Assembly: GCA_902609685.1 (NCBI GenBank)
Contig: CACLSR010000001.1
Coordinates: forward strand, 49,505-113,504
Reading direction: 5' to 3'
DNA length: 64,000 bases
DNA from: an uncultured Pelagibacteraceae bacterium
GTDB taxonomy: Bacteria; Pseudomonadota; Alphaproteobacteria; Pelagibacterales; Pelagibacteraceae
Every line of letters starts with the position of its first letter. Position 1 is the stretch's first letter. The notes under the pieces were generated by a model, which was given only the letters and a program-made list of their open reading frames with translations, made no database searches and had not been told where the DNA came from. Both the position numbers and the translations under genes were made by a program. Shown piece after piece: positions 50,586-59,835 of the stretch.

Positions 50586-52274
50586 TTAATCATTAAGCTT
50601 TCTTAATGAAGAAAATTTAGCTCCATTTCTTGTTATAACCAGTTGATCTTCACCATCATAATATGAAAAACAAGTTGTTTTTACTCCTGGTGTTCTTATA
50701 ATTTTAACTAAATCCTCTTTTATAACCACACCTTTATCATTTATAAGATGAGATATTGACGGATGATTAAAATCCAAAAATGATCTATTTGTCAAAATGA
50801 TATGTGTTGCTTTTAATGGTCTCTCATTAGTATTGTAAAGTTTTTTAACGCCAAAATTTTTATTTAGATAATATAATAAAAGACCGTCACCCCCGAAGCA
50901 ATCAGCAATTCTAAAACTTTGAACTTCTGTTATCGTATATTTAGATTTCATTTCTCTTACAAGTTCCTTATACGAAGTCGCCCAATAATCTTGTTCAAAC
51001 TTATCTACTGTTTCTTTAAAAGTCGGATACATTAAATTTACGTAGGTATATTGATAAGGTGTAAGTGTTATAAATCTATAAAAAGAAAATGAAAATAAGA
51101 TTAAAATTATAAAAACTGATATCTTATTTTTAAGGTTTTCATTAAAAGTTCTAAATAATTGATACAACGAAAAAGAAGCGATTATTGAAAATAGAGGAAT
51201 AACAAATAAAAATAATCTTATATTATCATAAACACTAGCACTTAAAATCAAAACTAGAAGAATTGGAAATAAAGCTATCAAATTAATGATTTGAAATTTT
51301 CTATTAAAATCATTTATCTCATTTTTGATTTTTAGTTTTCCAAAACATACTAGGTAATATGAAAAAATTAAGATTATAGAAAAATAAATTGGTAAACGAT
51401 AAAAAATAAAATATAAAAAATATGACTTTGGTGTATTAAAAACTTCGTAATACTCACCATTCAATAACCCTATTTTTGGACCTTCATTCCAATTTATAGT
51501 GTTCTTTATGATGGTAAATAAGAATGAAAAAAAATTATCATTTTTTATTGCAACATATATATGTGGCCAACAAAGAAAAATTAAGAAAATGGTTATGAAA
51601 AAAGCTATTAAGATGTGTGGAAACAATCTTTTTGCTAAATCCAAATAATTAGATTTATATTTATTAAAAAGGTAAATTAATCCACAAGCTACTGCTGGGA
51701 ATATAACAACTAAAAAAGTTAATCTTACTCCACACCCAAATCCCAAAAAGAATGATGATAATAGTAAATTTTTAATAATTTTTTCATCTTCAACACAATA
51801 GAGATAGAAATAATAAATAAACCAAATTAATGAGAAAAAAATTATAATATCTTTTGAATTCATTCCCATGTGGCCAAAGAAAAAAGGATTCAGTAGAGTC
51901 AAAAGGACAGAAATTAATGCTATCTCTTTATTAAATATTTTTTTTGAAAATACATATAAACCTAACAGACTAAACGTAGAGAACACAACATTTACAAAAT
52001 GCATTACAACATCAATATTATTGACGTAGAATTTCTTATTAATTAATAGAATGATCTGACCAATAGCATACGAAAATGTATCATATAATCCTGGATAAAA
52101 TTGATTATTCCTTAATTGAAAATTTTTATCTGCTCCAAAAGATGTCAAAAAATCATATCTTTTTGAACCGTTTATATGATGAAAAAATTCATCAGTTGAC
52201 AATCCTATTGTTAAAGCTGACCACCAAGCAAATATTATTAAAAATGATATAGTGATAATTAGTATTCTATTCAT
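50586..52274 (-). CDS. GT-C fold membrane glycosyltransferase (ArnT/PMT-like)
   Basis: 562 aa with more than 10 predicted TM segments, a first-loop DE motif (GLSTDEFFHH) and a soluble C-terminal domain. Confidence 0.65.
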   Translation of the reverse strand: MNRILIITISFLIIFAWWSALTIGLSTDEFFHHINGSKRYDFLTSFGADKNFQLRNNQFYPGLYDTFSYAIGQIILLINKKFYVNNIDVVMHFVNVVFSTFSLLGLYVFSKKIFNKEIALISVLLTLLNPFFFGHMGMNSKDIIIFFSLIWFIYYFYLYCVEDEKIIKNLLLSSFFLGFGCGVRLTFLVVIFPAVACGLIYLFNKYKSNYLDLAKRLFPHILIAFFITIFLIFLCWPHIYVAIKNDNFFSFLFTIIKNTINWNEGPKIGLLNGEYYEVFNTPKSYFLYFIFYRLPIYFSIILIFSYYLVCFGKLKIKNEINDFNRKFQIINLIALFPILLVLILSASVYDNIRLFLFVIPLFSIIASFSLYQLFRTFNENLKNKISVFIILILFSFSFYRFITLTPYQYTYVNLMYPTFKETVDKFEQDYWATSYKELVREMKSKYTITEVQSFRIADCFGGDGLLLYYLNKNFGVKKLYNTNERPLKATHIILTNRSFLDFNHPSISHLINDKGVVIKEDLVKIIRTPGVKTTCFSYYDGEDQLVITRNGAKFSSLRKLND

Positions 52275-52303
52275 GTGGTTTTTTTGATTATTATAAATTA
52301 ATT

Positions 52304-53719
52304 TTATCTGCCGTTTTTTATTGGATCTATTAAAAGTTTCTTATGATTATATTTAAATCTATCATAATTATAGTGAAGTGAATTAAGAACAACTATTCTT
52401 GAATTTTCCATATCAATTAAAATTGCTCTTCCTCCATAGCCACCCATTCCAAAAATAACTTTGTCTTTCAGCCCTGGATAATCCATATGGAATTGGCCAC
52501 CGTAAGATTTTGTTCGATTAAAATGAGGTTCATCCATGTGTTTAGTGCTTTTTTTGGGCACTCTTCTTTTGTGAATTTCTTTTAGATATTTACCAACGCA
52601 AGTGTCATTTTGATAATCATCCATCATAGCTTTTGCAATTCTCAACCAATCATATCTGCTTACACGTAAATTTGGGTGTAAGTTTCCGCTCTCTTCTGGT
52701 GCATCAGAATTAGAAAATGTGGGAAAAATACTATATTTAATTTTTACCTTATCCACAAAAATTTCATTCAAAAGTTTTTTATAATCATCACCTGTCTTAT
52801 ACTTTGTATAATTGGTTATAATTTGTGTCATAAATCCATTATAATAATATTTACTTTTTGATTTTACTGAGCCTTTTAAAAAACGGCGGGTAGTTGTATT
52901 AATACTGTTATCCTCATAATAAAAATATGGATCTCCCAAAAAAGTTCCATCATTTTTTAAATATTCATCTATATATTTTTGGTCTCCAGTGCTCATGTTC
53001 AAAAAATCAATTAACTTTTGATTGTGATAAAGAGTATTTTCAATTGGAGGCCAATCATTAATTCTTGCGTCAACTCCTTCGATATATCCACCGCATATAG
53101 CATGACCTAAAATATAAGAGGTTATAGACTTCCCCATTGACATTGAATAAAATGGTGTATCATTATCTATAAATTCACCAAACCGTTCTTTGGGAGAAAT
53201 TTCGTCAATTAAAATTTGGCCATCTTGAAAGTATAAATAACTCAATATACCTTTTGTTTTCATTTGTTTTTTTACAAATTGATCGTCAATTAAATTGAAT
53301 TTAAATTCATATGGTTTTTTAGAAGGTTTAATCTCGTAGTTATCTGTCTTCCTAAAGGCGTAATTCCATAGATAATAAATAAGTGTGTCTCTGTTCGGGT
53401 TTGATTTAAAAGCAAGATTATTTTTTTTTTTATTCAATTTAAGTTTTAAATTGGTAGGATAAATCAAAGTAACTTTGCGATCTTTGGTTGGTATTAATTT
53501 TCCATCAACTCCAACACATTCGTCCCAATATGATTCAGATGTACAAAGCGATCTATCAAGCACCATATCAAGAGGATCACCTGTTTTATCTAAATACTGA
53601 TCATAACCATTTAAGTTAACCCATTTGGAAAAATCACGTATTTTTCGTTCAAGCTGATCGGCTGATAGCATATGTGGAAATAAATAACTGAATAAAATGA
53701 CTAATAAGAGTTTTTTCAT
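52304..53719 (-). CDS. Secreted beta-lactamase-fold serine hydrolase with an extra N-terminal domain
   Basis: 471 aa with a signal peptide, SxxK (SMGK), YYN, and a late GMGGYGG box. Confidence 0.55.
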   Translation of the reverse strand: MKKLLLVILFSYLFPHMLSADQLERKIRDFSKWVNLNGYDQYLDKTGDPLDMVLDRSLCTSESYWDECVGVDGKLIPTKDRKVTLIYPTNLKLKLNKKKNNLAFKSNPNRDTLIYYLWNYAFRKTDNYEIKPSKKPYEFKFNLIDDQFVKKQMKTKGILSYLYFQDGQILIDEISPKERFGEFIDNDTPFYSMSMGKSITSYILGHAICGGYIEGVDARINDWPPIENTLYHNQKLIDFLNMSTGDQKYIDEYLKNDGTFLGDPYFYYEDNSINTTTRRFLKGSVKSKSKYYYNGFMTQIITNYTKYKTGDDYKKLLNEIFVDKVKIKYSIFPTFSNSDAPEESGNLHPNLRVSRYDWLRIAKAMMDDYQNDTCVGKYLKEIHKRRVPKKSTKHMDEPHFNRTKSYGGQFHMDYPGLKDKVIFGMGGYGGRAILIDMENSRIVVLNSLHYNYDRFKYNHKKLLIDPIKNGR

Positions 53720-53757
53720 CAGTATGAATATATGTTATTCTCTCTCTTAATAATAGT

Positions 53758-55863
53758 TTAGAATGTATTTCTTAATTCAAGGTTTGTTCCATATTCAGGA
53801 ATTTCACTTAATAAACTATAGTTGGAACTTATGTTGATATCAAAACCACTTAAATTTCTTTTATAATTTAAAGATGCTTTATTATTATCTAATTTCATAG
53901 CATACTCAGTACTTTCATCAGGTACATAGCCAAACCCTATATATAAAGTATCGTTATGAGCAATTTCACTTTGACTTCTTTCATAGATGGTCATTAGAGA
54001 TAAACCATTATCAATTTCTAAATCAAATCCAATATTGCCTCTAATACTTTTAGAATCTTGACCTATGCCTCTAGTATATTCTGTTGTTTGTGAGATATAC
54101 CTATATGTTGCATCTGAAGTGGGGCTAAAGTCTAAACTAAATTCTAAACCTGCATTTGGTTCAAAAGTTAATGAGTTATAGTCAATAATATTACTTAAAT
54201 TAAAACCTGAAGATATCATTCCAGTTTCAACTACTTGTTTATTATAAACAAGACTAGCTACCCCTGTTTCTGAATACTTTGATAATTCTGTGTAGCTGAG
54301 ATCAATTCTTATATTAGGAGAAATATTGAATTTTTCTTTTTGATAAGTAGTAAAATAATTAATTGAGCCAAATACTTGTGATCCATTTCGATTACCTGTT
54401 CGAGTATTCCCTCCTCCCTTTCTAACATGATCAGTCTTTAACTTGCTTACGCCCAAAATACCTTCAACAAATCTTTCATCATCCTGAGGAAAAGTTCCAT
54501 AAAGTGATAAACTAACTGAGTCAGTATCTAAAGTCGTGCCAAAAGAGCCTACATCCACTTCATCTCGACCATACCGGAATGCGTATCCATATAATTTATT
54601 TTCACTTATCTTTTTATCCATTCCAAACGAGATACCTTTACTATCAATTTTTTTTGACGACGAATGTGAGGTATCTCCTGCTCTTCCAAAACTAATACTG
54701 CCCTCACTCCAAAATGACCATTCATCCGACAATTTATCTAACACCTCATTAGTTTTATTAGATACTGGGAGCATTTCTGATAATGAGGCCATCATTGAAT
54801 TAGAAAAATTTAATCTAATATTTTGGTTACTTAATTGGTCATTACTTCTGTGACGTCTTAACCAAAACATACGATTTAATACTGGCGTAGTGGCGTGGAT
54901 GGCAATTTGTTTAGCGGTTGTTGTTTGTGAGTCAATTATAGCTAAATGATCTTTACCGCCTTTATATTTACCAACAGGATCATCACAAGCACTATCAATT
55001 AAACTCCAATTACAACTTAGGTTAAATTCATAAACTTTATCGTTTGTATCACCAATGAAAAACATTTTACTTCCATCATTACTCAAGGCAACCTCTCTTG
55101 GTGCGATATCATAAGAACTTACATCAAAGGTACCTTCAAGGGATAAAGTAGAAACATCATAAGGTGTAGTTAATTTAAACTGAGAAATCTGTTCAGTCTC
55201 ACTATCAATGGTATACATTTTAGTACCATCATCTTTAAAAGTAACCCCGTCTATGTAGTCGTGGTAAGAACTCATATCTTCGGTATTAACATGTGTAACT
55301 CCTGAGCTAAGATCAAATGCTGTATCTAGTGAAAATTCATGAACACGCTCTTGTGAATTATTTCCTACACCAGCAATAAACATTCTGGTACCATCATTAT
55401 TAAATGCAATTGAATTAGCTCTTTGTTCTTTACCAATGAGACTATATAAGCCATCAAATGAAGCAGTTGAAACATCAAATGCAGTGGTTAGTGACCAGTA
55501 ATCTACTGACCTTCTATTAGCATGGTTAACAACAAACATTTTTGTTCCATCGTTATTGAACACTACTTGTGTTGGTACATGAGAGTCGTTACCTCCACTT
55601 ACATGTACTACTTTAGTATTATTTACGGTTGCCGTTGAAATGTCATATGCGGTAGTTAATATATGTTCAATAACTGCATCCGTTGTTCCTCCGCTTCTTA
55701 AAGTATACATTTTTGTTCCATCATTATTAAATGTAAGTCCATAATAAGTGGCTGTGTCGATTGATTTGCTTTGCACAAAGGTTGGCTCCGCCATAGATTT
55801 TGAAAAAACCAGAATTAAAGGAATTAGAAATATAAAAGATCTTAAAAAACTCTTTAATTTCAT
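53758..55863 (-). CDS. Autotransporter-type outer-membrane protein with a five-repeat (propeller-like) passenger
   Basis: 701 aa with a signal peptide (...SKSMA/EP). Five 51-57-aa repeats carry [FL]xNDG[TS][KR]M[FY] and T[TA][AP][YF]D[IVL]S[TS]. The C-terminal ~300 aa show a beta-barrel alternating pattern ending ...LELRNTF. Confidence 0.65.
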   Translation of the reverse strand: MKLKSFLRSFIFLIPLILVFSKSMAEPTFVQSKSIDTATYYGLTFNNDGTKMYTLRSGGTTDAVIEHILTTAYDISTATVNNTKVVHVSGGNDSHVPTQVVFNNDGTKMFVVNHANRRSVDYWSLTTAFDVSTASFDGLYSLIGKEQRANSIAFNNDGTRMFIAGVGNNSQERVHEFSLDTAFDLSSGVTHVNTEDMSSYHDYIDGVTFKDDGTKMYTIDSETEQISQFKLTTPYDVSTLSLEGTFDVSSYDIAPREVALSNDGSKMFFIGDTNDKVYEFNLSCNWSLIDSACDDPVGKYKGGKDHLAIIDSQTTTAKQIAIHATTPVLNRMFWLRRHRSNDQLSNQNIRLNFSNSMMASLSEMLPVSNKTNEVLDKLSDEWSFWSEGSISFGRAGDTSHSSSKKIDSKGISFGMDKKISENKLYGYAFRYGRDEVDVGSFGTTLDTDSVSLSLYGTFPQDDERFVEGILGVSKLKTDHVRKGGGNTRTGNRNGSQVFGSINYFTTYQKEKFNISPNIRIDLSYTELSKYSETGVASLVYNKQVVETGMISSGFNLSNIIDYNSLTFEPNAGLEFSLDFSPTSDATYRYISQTTEYTRGIGQDSKSIRGNIGFDLEIDNGLSLMTIYERSQSEIAHNDTLYIGFGYVPDESTEYAMKLDNNKASLNYKRNLSGFDINISSNYSLLSEIPEYGTNLELRNTF
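55012..55758 (-). repeat. Five tandem coding repeats (blade-like units) in the autotransporter passenger
   Basis: NDG/DDG cores at aa 47, 104, 156, 211 and 262. Confidence 0.6.
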
Positions 55864-55874
55864 AGTACTAAAAA

Positions 55875-57083
55875 TTACTCTTTTACACTACCAGCTGTTA
55901 GACCGCTGACTAAATATTTTTCAAAATATATGAAAATAAAAAGTACAGGTAAAGTAACGATTACAGAGCCAGCCATTAAATATTGACGTGGTGTTTCTGC
56001 ATCACCGCTTAGATATTGAATTGCTCTTGATAAAGTAAAGGACTTAGGACTATCTAAAAACATTAATGAAAAAAGGAATTCATTCCAAGCTATCATGAAG
56101 ACATAAAGTGCAACGGATGCAATAGCTGGTAAACTTAAAGGAATAATAATCTTTAAAATTATACCAAACCAATTTTGACCATCCATAATGCCAGCATCTT
56201 CAATTTCTTTTGGAATACTTTTGAAATAACCTTGTAACATATAAATAGCAACCGGCAAGGTTGTGGCCGTATAAACAATCAATAGACCAAAGATTGAGTT
56301 TCTTAAGCCAAGTTGACTAAACACAGTATATAAAGGGATCACTAATACTATGGCTGGAAACATATAAATAATCAAAATTGATGTTGATAAAAAGTTTTTG
56401 CCAAAGAAATTTAATCTTGCAACAGCGTAAGCTGCAGGGATTGCAAATAATAGAGTGACAATAACAGTACCAATTGAAACTGCTGAACTTATTAAGATGT
56501 ATCTACCAAAATTATAAGTTTCAAAGATAACAAAATAAGATTTGAACAACTCAGTTAAGCTTTTTGTAAAATCTAGACTAAAGTCTAAAGGATTAACTAA
56601 TAAAGCGATCTGAGTTTTAAAACTGGTAACTAGCATAATGTAAAATGGGAATAAGATTACAAATGCAAAGAAAACAATCCCAAATAAGGTAATAAAATCA
56701 AAAATAATTTTTTCAGATATGAAATCTTCCTTTAAAGATTGCATATTATATTTTTTGAGTTTGTTCGTAAAAAATAAAGTAATTAAGAAAACTCCAAATA
56801 TATACCAATATGGAGATGCTTCATTTAAGTAAAAATATGAAATTGAAAATATAAAAGATAATAAAAGAATCTTTATTAAGTGGTTAAGTTTATTACCGAT
56901 TAAGACAAATGTTAAAGATAATAAAATACCAATTAAGAATACAGGTGTGATGTTTAAATTAGTGAAACTTAAACCTTGGAGCGTAGCCATGATTTTCCAA
57001 ATTGACAAAATACATGTCAGAAAAAAAGATGAAATGATTAGAAATATTGCAAGAGACTTAAACTTCATTAGCCCTCTTTCCAA
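55875..57083 (-). CDS. Sugar-type ABC transporter permease (MalG-like) with a ~113-aa, 4-TM N-terminal extension
   Basis: 402 aa with EAA-loop-like EIEDAGIMDGQNWFGIILKIIIP. It overlaps the upstream permease by 26 nt. Confidence 0.85.
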   Translation of the reverse strand: MERGLMKFKSLAIFLIISSFFLTCILSIWKIMATLQGLSFTNLNITPVFLIGILLSLTFVLIGNKLNHLIKILLLSFIFSISYFYLNEASPYWYIFGVFLITLFFTNKLKKYNMQSLKEDFISEKIIFDFITLFGIVFFAFVILFPFYIMLVTSFKTQIALLVNPLDFSLDFTKSLTELFKSYFVIFETYNFGRYILISSAVSIGTVIVTLLFAIPAAYAVARLNFFGKNFLSTSILIIYMFPAIVLVIPLYTVFSQLGLRNSIFGLLIVYTATTLPVAIYMLQGYFKSIPKEIEDAGIMDGQNWFGIILKIIIPLSLPAIASVALYVFMIAWNEFLFSLMFLDSPKSFTLSRAIQYLSGDAETPRQYLMAGSVIVTLPVLFIFIYFEKYLVSGLTAGSVKE

Positions 57084-58317
57084 TTAATCTAAAATAAATA
57101 ACCATGAAACTAAGAAGTAACATCACAATGACTATTGAAACAGCAGAGCCCATCCCAATATCTGAAACTGCAAAACCTTGTTGATAAACATTAATAGGTA
57201 AAGTTCTTGTACCTGATGCCCCACCCGTTAATAAAAAGATATCTTCAAATTTATTAAAATTCCAAATAAACCTAATCATAAATAAAATTGAGATGATGGC
57301 TGTAATTTGAGGCAGTGTAATATGGATAAATTTTTGAATAGGACTTGCTCCATCCACCTCTGCTGCTTCATACAAACTTTGTGGTATTGCTTGCAATCTT
57401 GCTAAAATAAATAGAAAGGCTAGTGGAAAATAGCGCCAAATTTCAAAAAAGATAACTGTGGTTAAAGCCAACCTTAATTTAAATTCAAATCCTAAAATAC
57501 TCATGGTTATATATTTTTGACCTAATAAATTAATTGGTTGTTCTATGATATTAAAATTAACTAATAATGCATTTAAAGTTCCACTATTTGGATCTAGTAA
57601 TAAAGTCCAAGTATAAGCTAAAGCAACTACAGGGCCCACATATGGAAAAAGTAAAATACCTCGCATGTATGTTCGACCTTGAATATTTTGATTAACTAAT
57701 TGTGCTGCTAAAATTCCAAAGATAATAGCACCAACTGTACCAAAAAAAGTGAAGTAAAATGTCGTTAAAAGTAATTCAACAAAATTATTTTCATAAAAAA
57801 CTTTTTTAAAATTTTCTAAAGTAAAATTCGTAGTAAGTAGTGGGTTATCTGCTTTCCCACTTAAAATTGGTTTTTGAGATTTAATAATTTTTTTATTAAT
57901 TATTTCACCATTGTTATTCTGTATAGTTATCTCAAAATTTTCCCTATATTTTGCCTGCCAATTTCCAAAATTACAAACAACTTTTTTAGATTGAAAAGCA
58001 CATCTTGGATCAAGATTGACTGGTGAAACATTTGTTGGAAATTTATCTTGAAACTGAACATTTCTTATTTCTTGAATTAAAGAACTATTTCGTAATTTAT
58101 AAATAATTTTTAACTCTGATTGATTTTCTGAAATTGATTTAACAATTTTTTTGGCTCTAGGTTCTGGGATTCTAATATCTTTTAATTCAATATCTTTGAA
58201 ACTGATCCAAACATTGGCAAATATGGGAAATAATACGATGGCAAAAACTAATAGGACTGCAGGTAAAACTAAAGTGTAAGCAGTTCTTTTTTCTAATTTT
58301 GATAATGAATCACTCAT
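57058..58317 (-). CDS. Sugar-type ABC transporter permease (MalF-like, large periplasmic loop)
   Basis: 419 aa with YEAAEVDGASPIQKFIHITLP and a ~130-aa loop after TM1. Confidence 0.85.
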   Translation of the reverse strand: MSDSLSKLEKRTAYTLVLPAVLLVFAIVLFPIFANVWISFKDIELKDIRIPEPRAKKIVKSISENQSELKIIYKLRNSSLIQEIRNVQFQDKFPTNVSPVNLDPRCAFQSKKVVCNFGNWQAKYRENFEITIQNNNGEIINKKIIKSQKPILSGKADNPLLTTNFTLENFKKVFYENNFVELLLTTFYFTFFGTVGAIIFGILAAQLVNQNIQGRTYMRGILLFPYVGPVVALAYTWTLLLDPNSGTLNALLVNFNIIEQPINLLGQKYITMSILGFEFKLRLALTTVIFFEIWRYFPLAFLFILARLQAIPQSLYEAAEVDGASPIQKFIHITLPQITAIISILFMIRFIWNFNKFEDIFLLTGGASGTRTLPINVYQQGFAVSDIGMGSAVSIVIVMLLLSFMVIYFRLIGKRANEV

Positions 58318-58324
58318 AATAAAA

Positions 58325-58349
58325 AGCGGATAATAAAATATTATCCGCT
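58325..58349 (-). terminator. Intrinsic terminator/attenuator between the binding-protein and permease genes
   Basis: Minus strand: AGCGGATAATA-TTT-TATTATCCGCT followed by TTTTAT. The stem is 11 bp. Confidence 0.6.
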
Positions 58350-58366
58350 CTTTATAAATTTATTAT

Positions 58367-59695
58367 TTAAAACTTAGCTAATTCAGCGTTAATTTTCTTA
58401 ACTGCTTCATCAACTGAGATCTGATCATCAATATATTCTCTAGTGATTCTATTTAAGAATTGAGAATTAATGATTTTTGATGCTCGAGATAGTTCACCTT
58501 CTTTAACACCCCATCTGTTTGCAGTATCTAAACCTGCAACGATGTTATCAATAACATCTGCAGAATAAAGATCAGTTAAAGGAGCTTTTCTATCAACACC
58601 TACTGGTAATTTACTCCAAGCTTTAGTGTAAGCACTAGGATCACTCTTGTTTCCTCTTCTTACTGGAAATTTCCCTTCCGGAGCAATTCCTAATGTCGCT
58701 GTATAACCTTCACTCATAGAGTACTCTATGAATTTTTTAGCTTCATCAGTATCTGCATCCGCAGTAATACCAAAGTATCTTACATCAGCCCAAGCAGCAC
58801 CTTTTTTATTGTTCGGTCCACTAAAATTAGTAATGAAACCAGTTTTAGAAGCTAACTCTGGTGATGTTGGATCACTATTAATTGTTGGTGGAGCAGAGTC
58901 TCTTAAGCCTGCTAATTCATCCATAATAAATGGTGACCAAATAATCATTGGTGTTTTTCCAGCAAAATATAAAGCTCTTGATTGTTTCCAGAATAATTCT
59001 CCTGGAGGGCTTGCTTTCGCAATTACTTTATAAAATTCTAAAGAATTCTTTAAAGCTTTCCCTTGCTTTTTAGTTCCACCTTTTTTAACAAAATTAACTC
59101 CATTAGCTAAAAGTACATGTTCAAGTACTTGGCTCATAAAGTTTTCATCTGTTTTAGTAGCTGCTACAAAGCCAAACATATCATTGCTTGATAATGCATT
59201 CACCGCTTTGACGATGTTTGCATATGAAGTTGGTGGCTCTAAACCAGCTGCAGCAAATAGATCCTTTCTATAAACGACCATTTGCGTCCAGCCATCAACT
59301 GGCACAGCTGCAATTTTTCCACCCTTCTTAGCCATATTTAATGCGCCCGGTGCAAATGTTTTCTTACCTAACGACTTAACTACAGCGTTATTTGCATCAA
59401 CATCTAATATGCCTGCCTCAGCCCATGGTAAAACATATTGAAGAGTGTGATAAATCACATCTGGAAGATCTCCCGCTGCTGCTGCTGCAGTAGCTCTTGT
59501 ACCAAGATCTTTTTCCTCAATTGGTATGACTTCAACTTTGATGCCAGTTTTAGCTTCAAACGCTTTAGCCATCTCCTCTTGTTTTGCCATTCTTGCTGGT
59601 TGGACCTCTGTCGTCCAAAATTTAATATCCGCAAAACTAGTATTAGTAATTAGAAATACTAGAGCAAATATATTAATTATGATTTTTCTAATCAT
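58367..59695 (-). CDS. ABC transporter periplasmic sugar-binding protein (family 1 SBP)
   Basis: 442 aa with a signal peptide and a MalE/UgpB-like length and pattern. Confidence 0.85.
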   Translation of the reverse strand: MIRKIIINIFALVFLITNTSFADIKFWTTEVQPARMAKQEEMAKAFEAKTGIKVEVIPIEEKDLGTRATAAAAAGDLPDVIYHTLQYVLPWAEAGILDVDANNAVVKSLGKKTFAPGALNMAKKGGKIAAVPVDGWTQMVVYRKDLFAAAGLEPPTSYANIVKAVNALSSNDMFGFVAATKTDENFMSQVLEHVLLANGVNFVKKGGTKKQGKALKNSLEFYKVIAKASPPGELFWKQSRALYFAGKTPMIIWSPFIMDELAGLRDSAPPTINSDPTSPELASKTGFITNFSGPNNKKGAAWADVRYFGITADADTDEAKKFIEYSMSEGYTATLGIAPEGKFPVRRGNKSDPSAYTKAWSKLPVGVDRKAPLTDLYSADVIDNIVAGLDTANRWGVKEGELSRASKIINSQFLNRITREYIDDQISVDEAVKKINAELAKF

Positions 59696-59835
59696 GTATT
59701 CCCCCTCTTATATTGTTCCTCTCTGGTATTTAGTTTTCTCTGATGTTCGCGATTTTTTCATTGCGATAAATCTAGCAGTGTAATAAATTTTTAACAACAT
59801 TTAATGGTTAGTTAAAATCCCTTTAAATCAAATAA

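Noticed and set aside
54990-55760. Periodic DNA repeats considered as a possible CRISPR or satellite array
   Set aside because: The units are ~150-170 bp, are imperfect at the DNA level, and lie in-frame inside a long ORF. They are protein repeats. No short direct-repeat/spacer array exists anywhere in the window.
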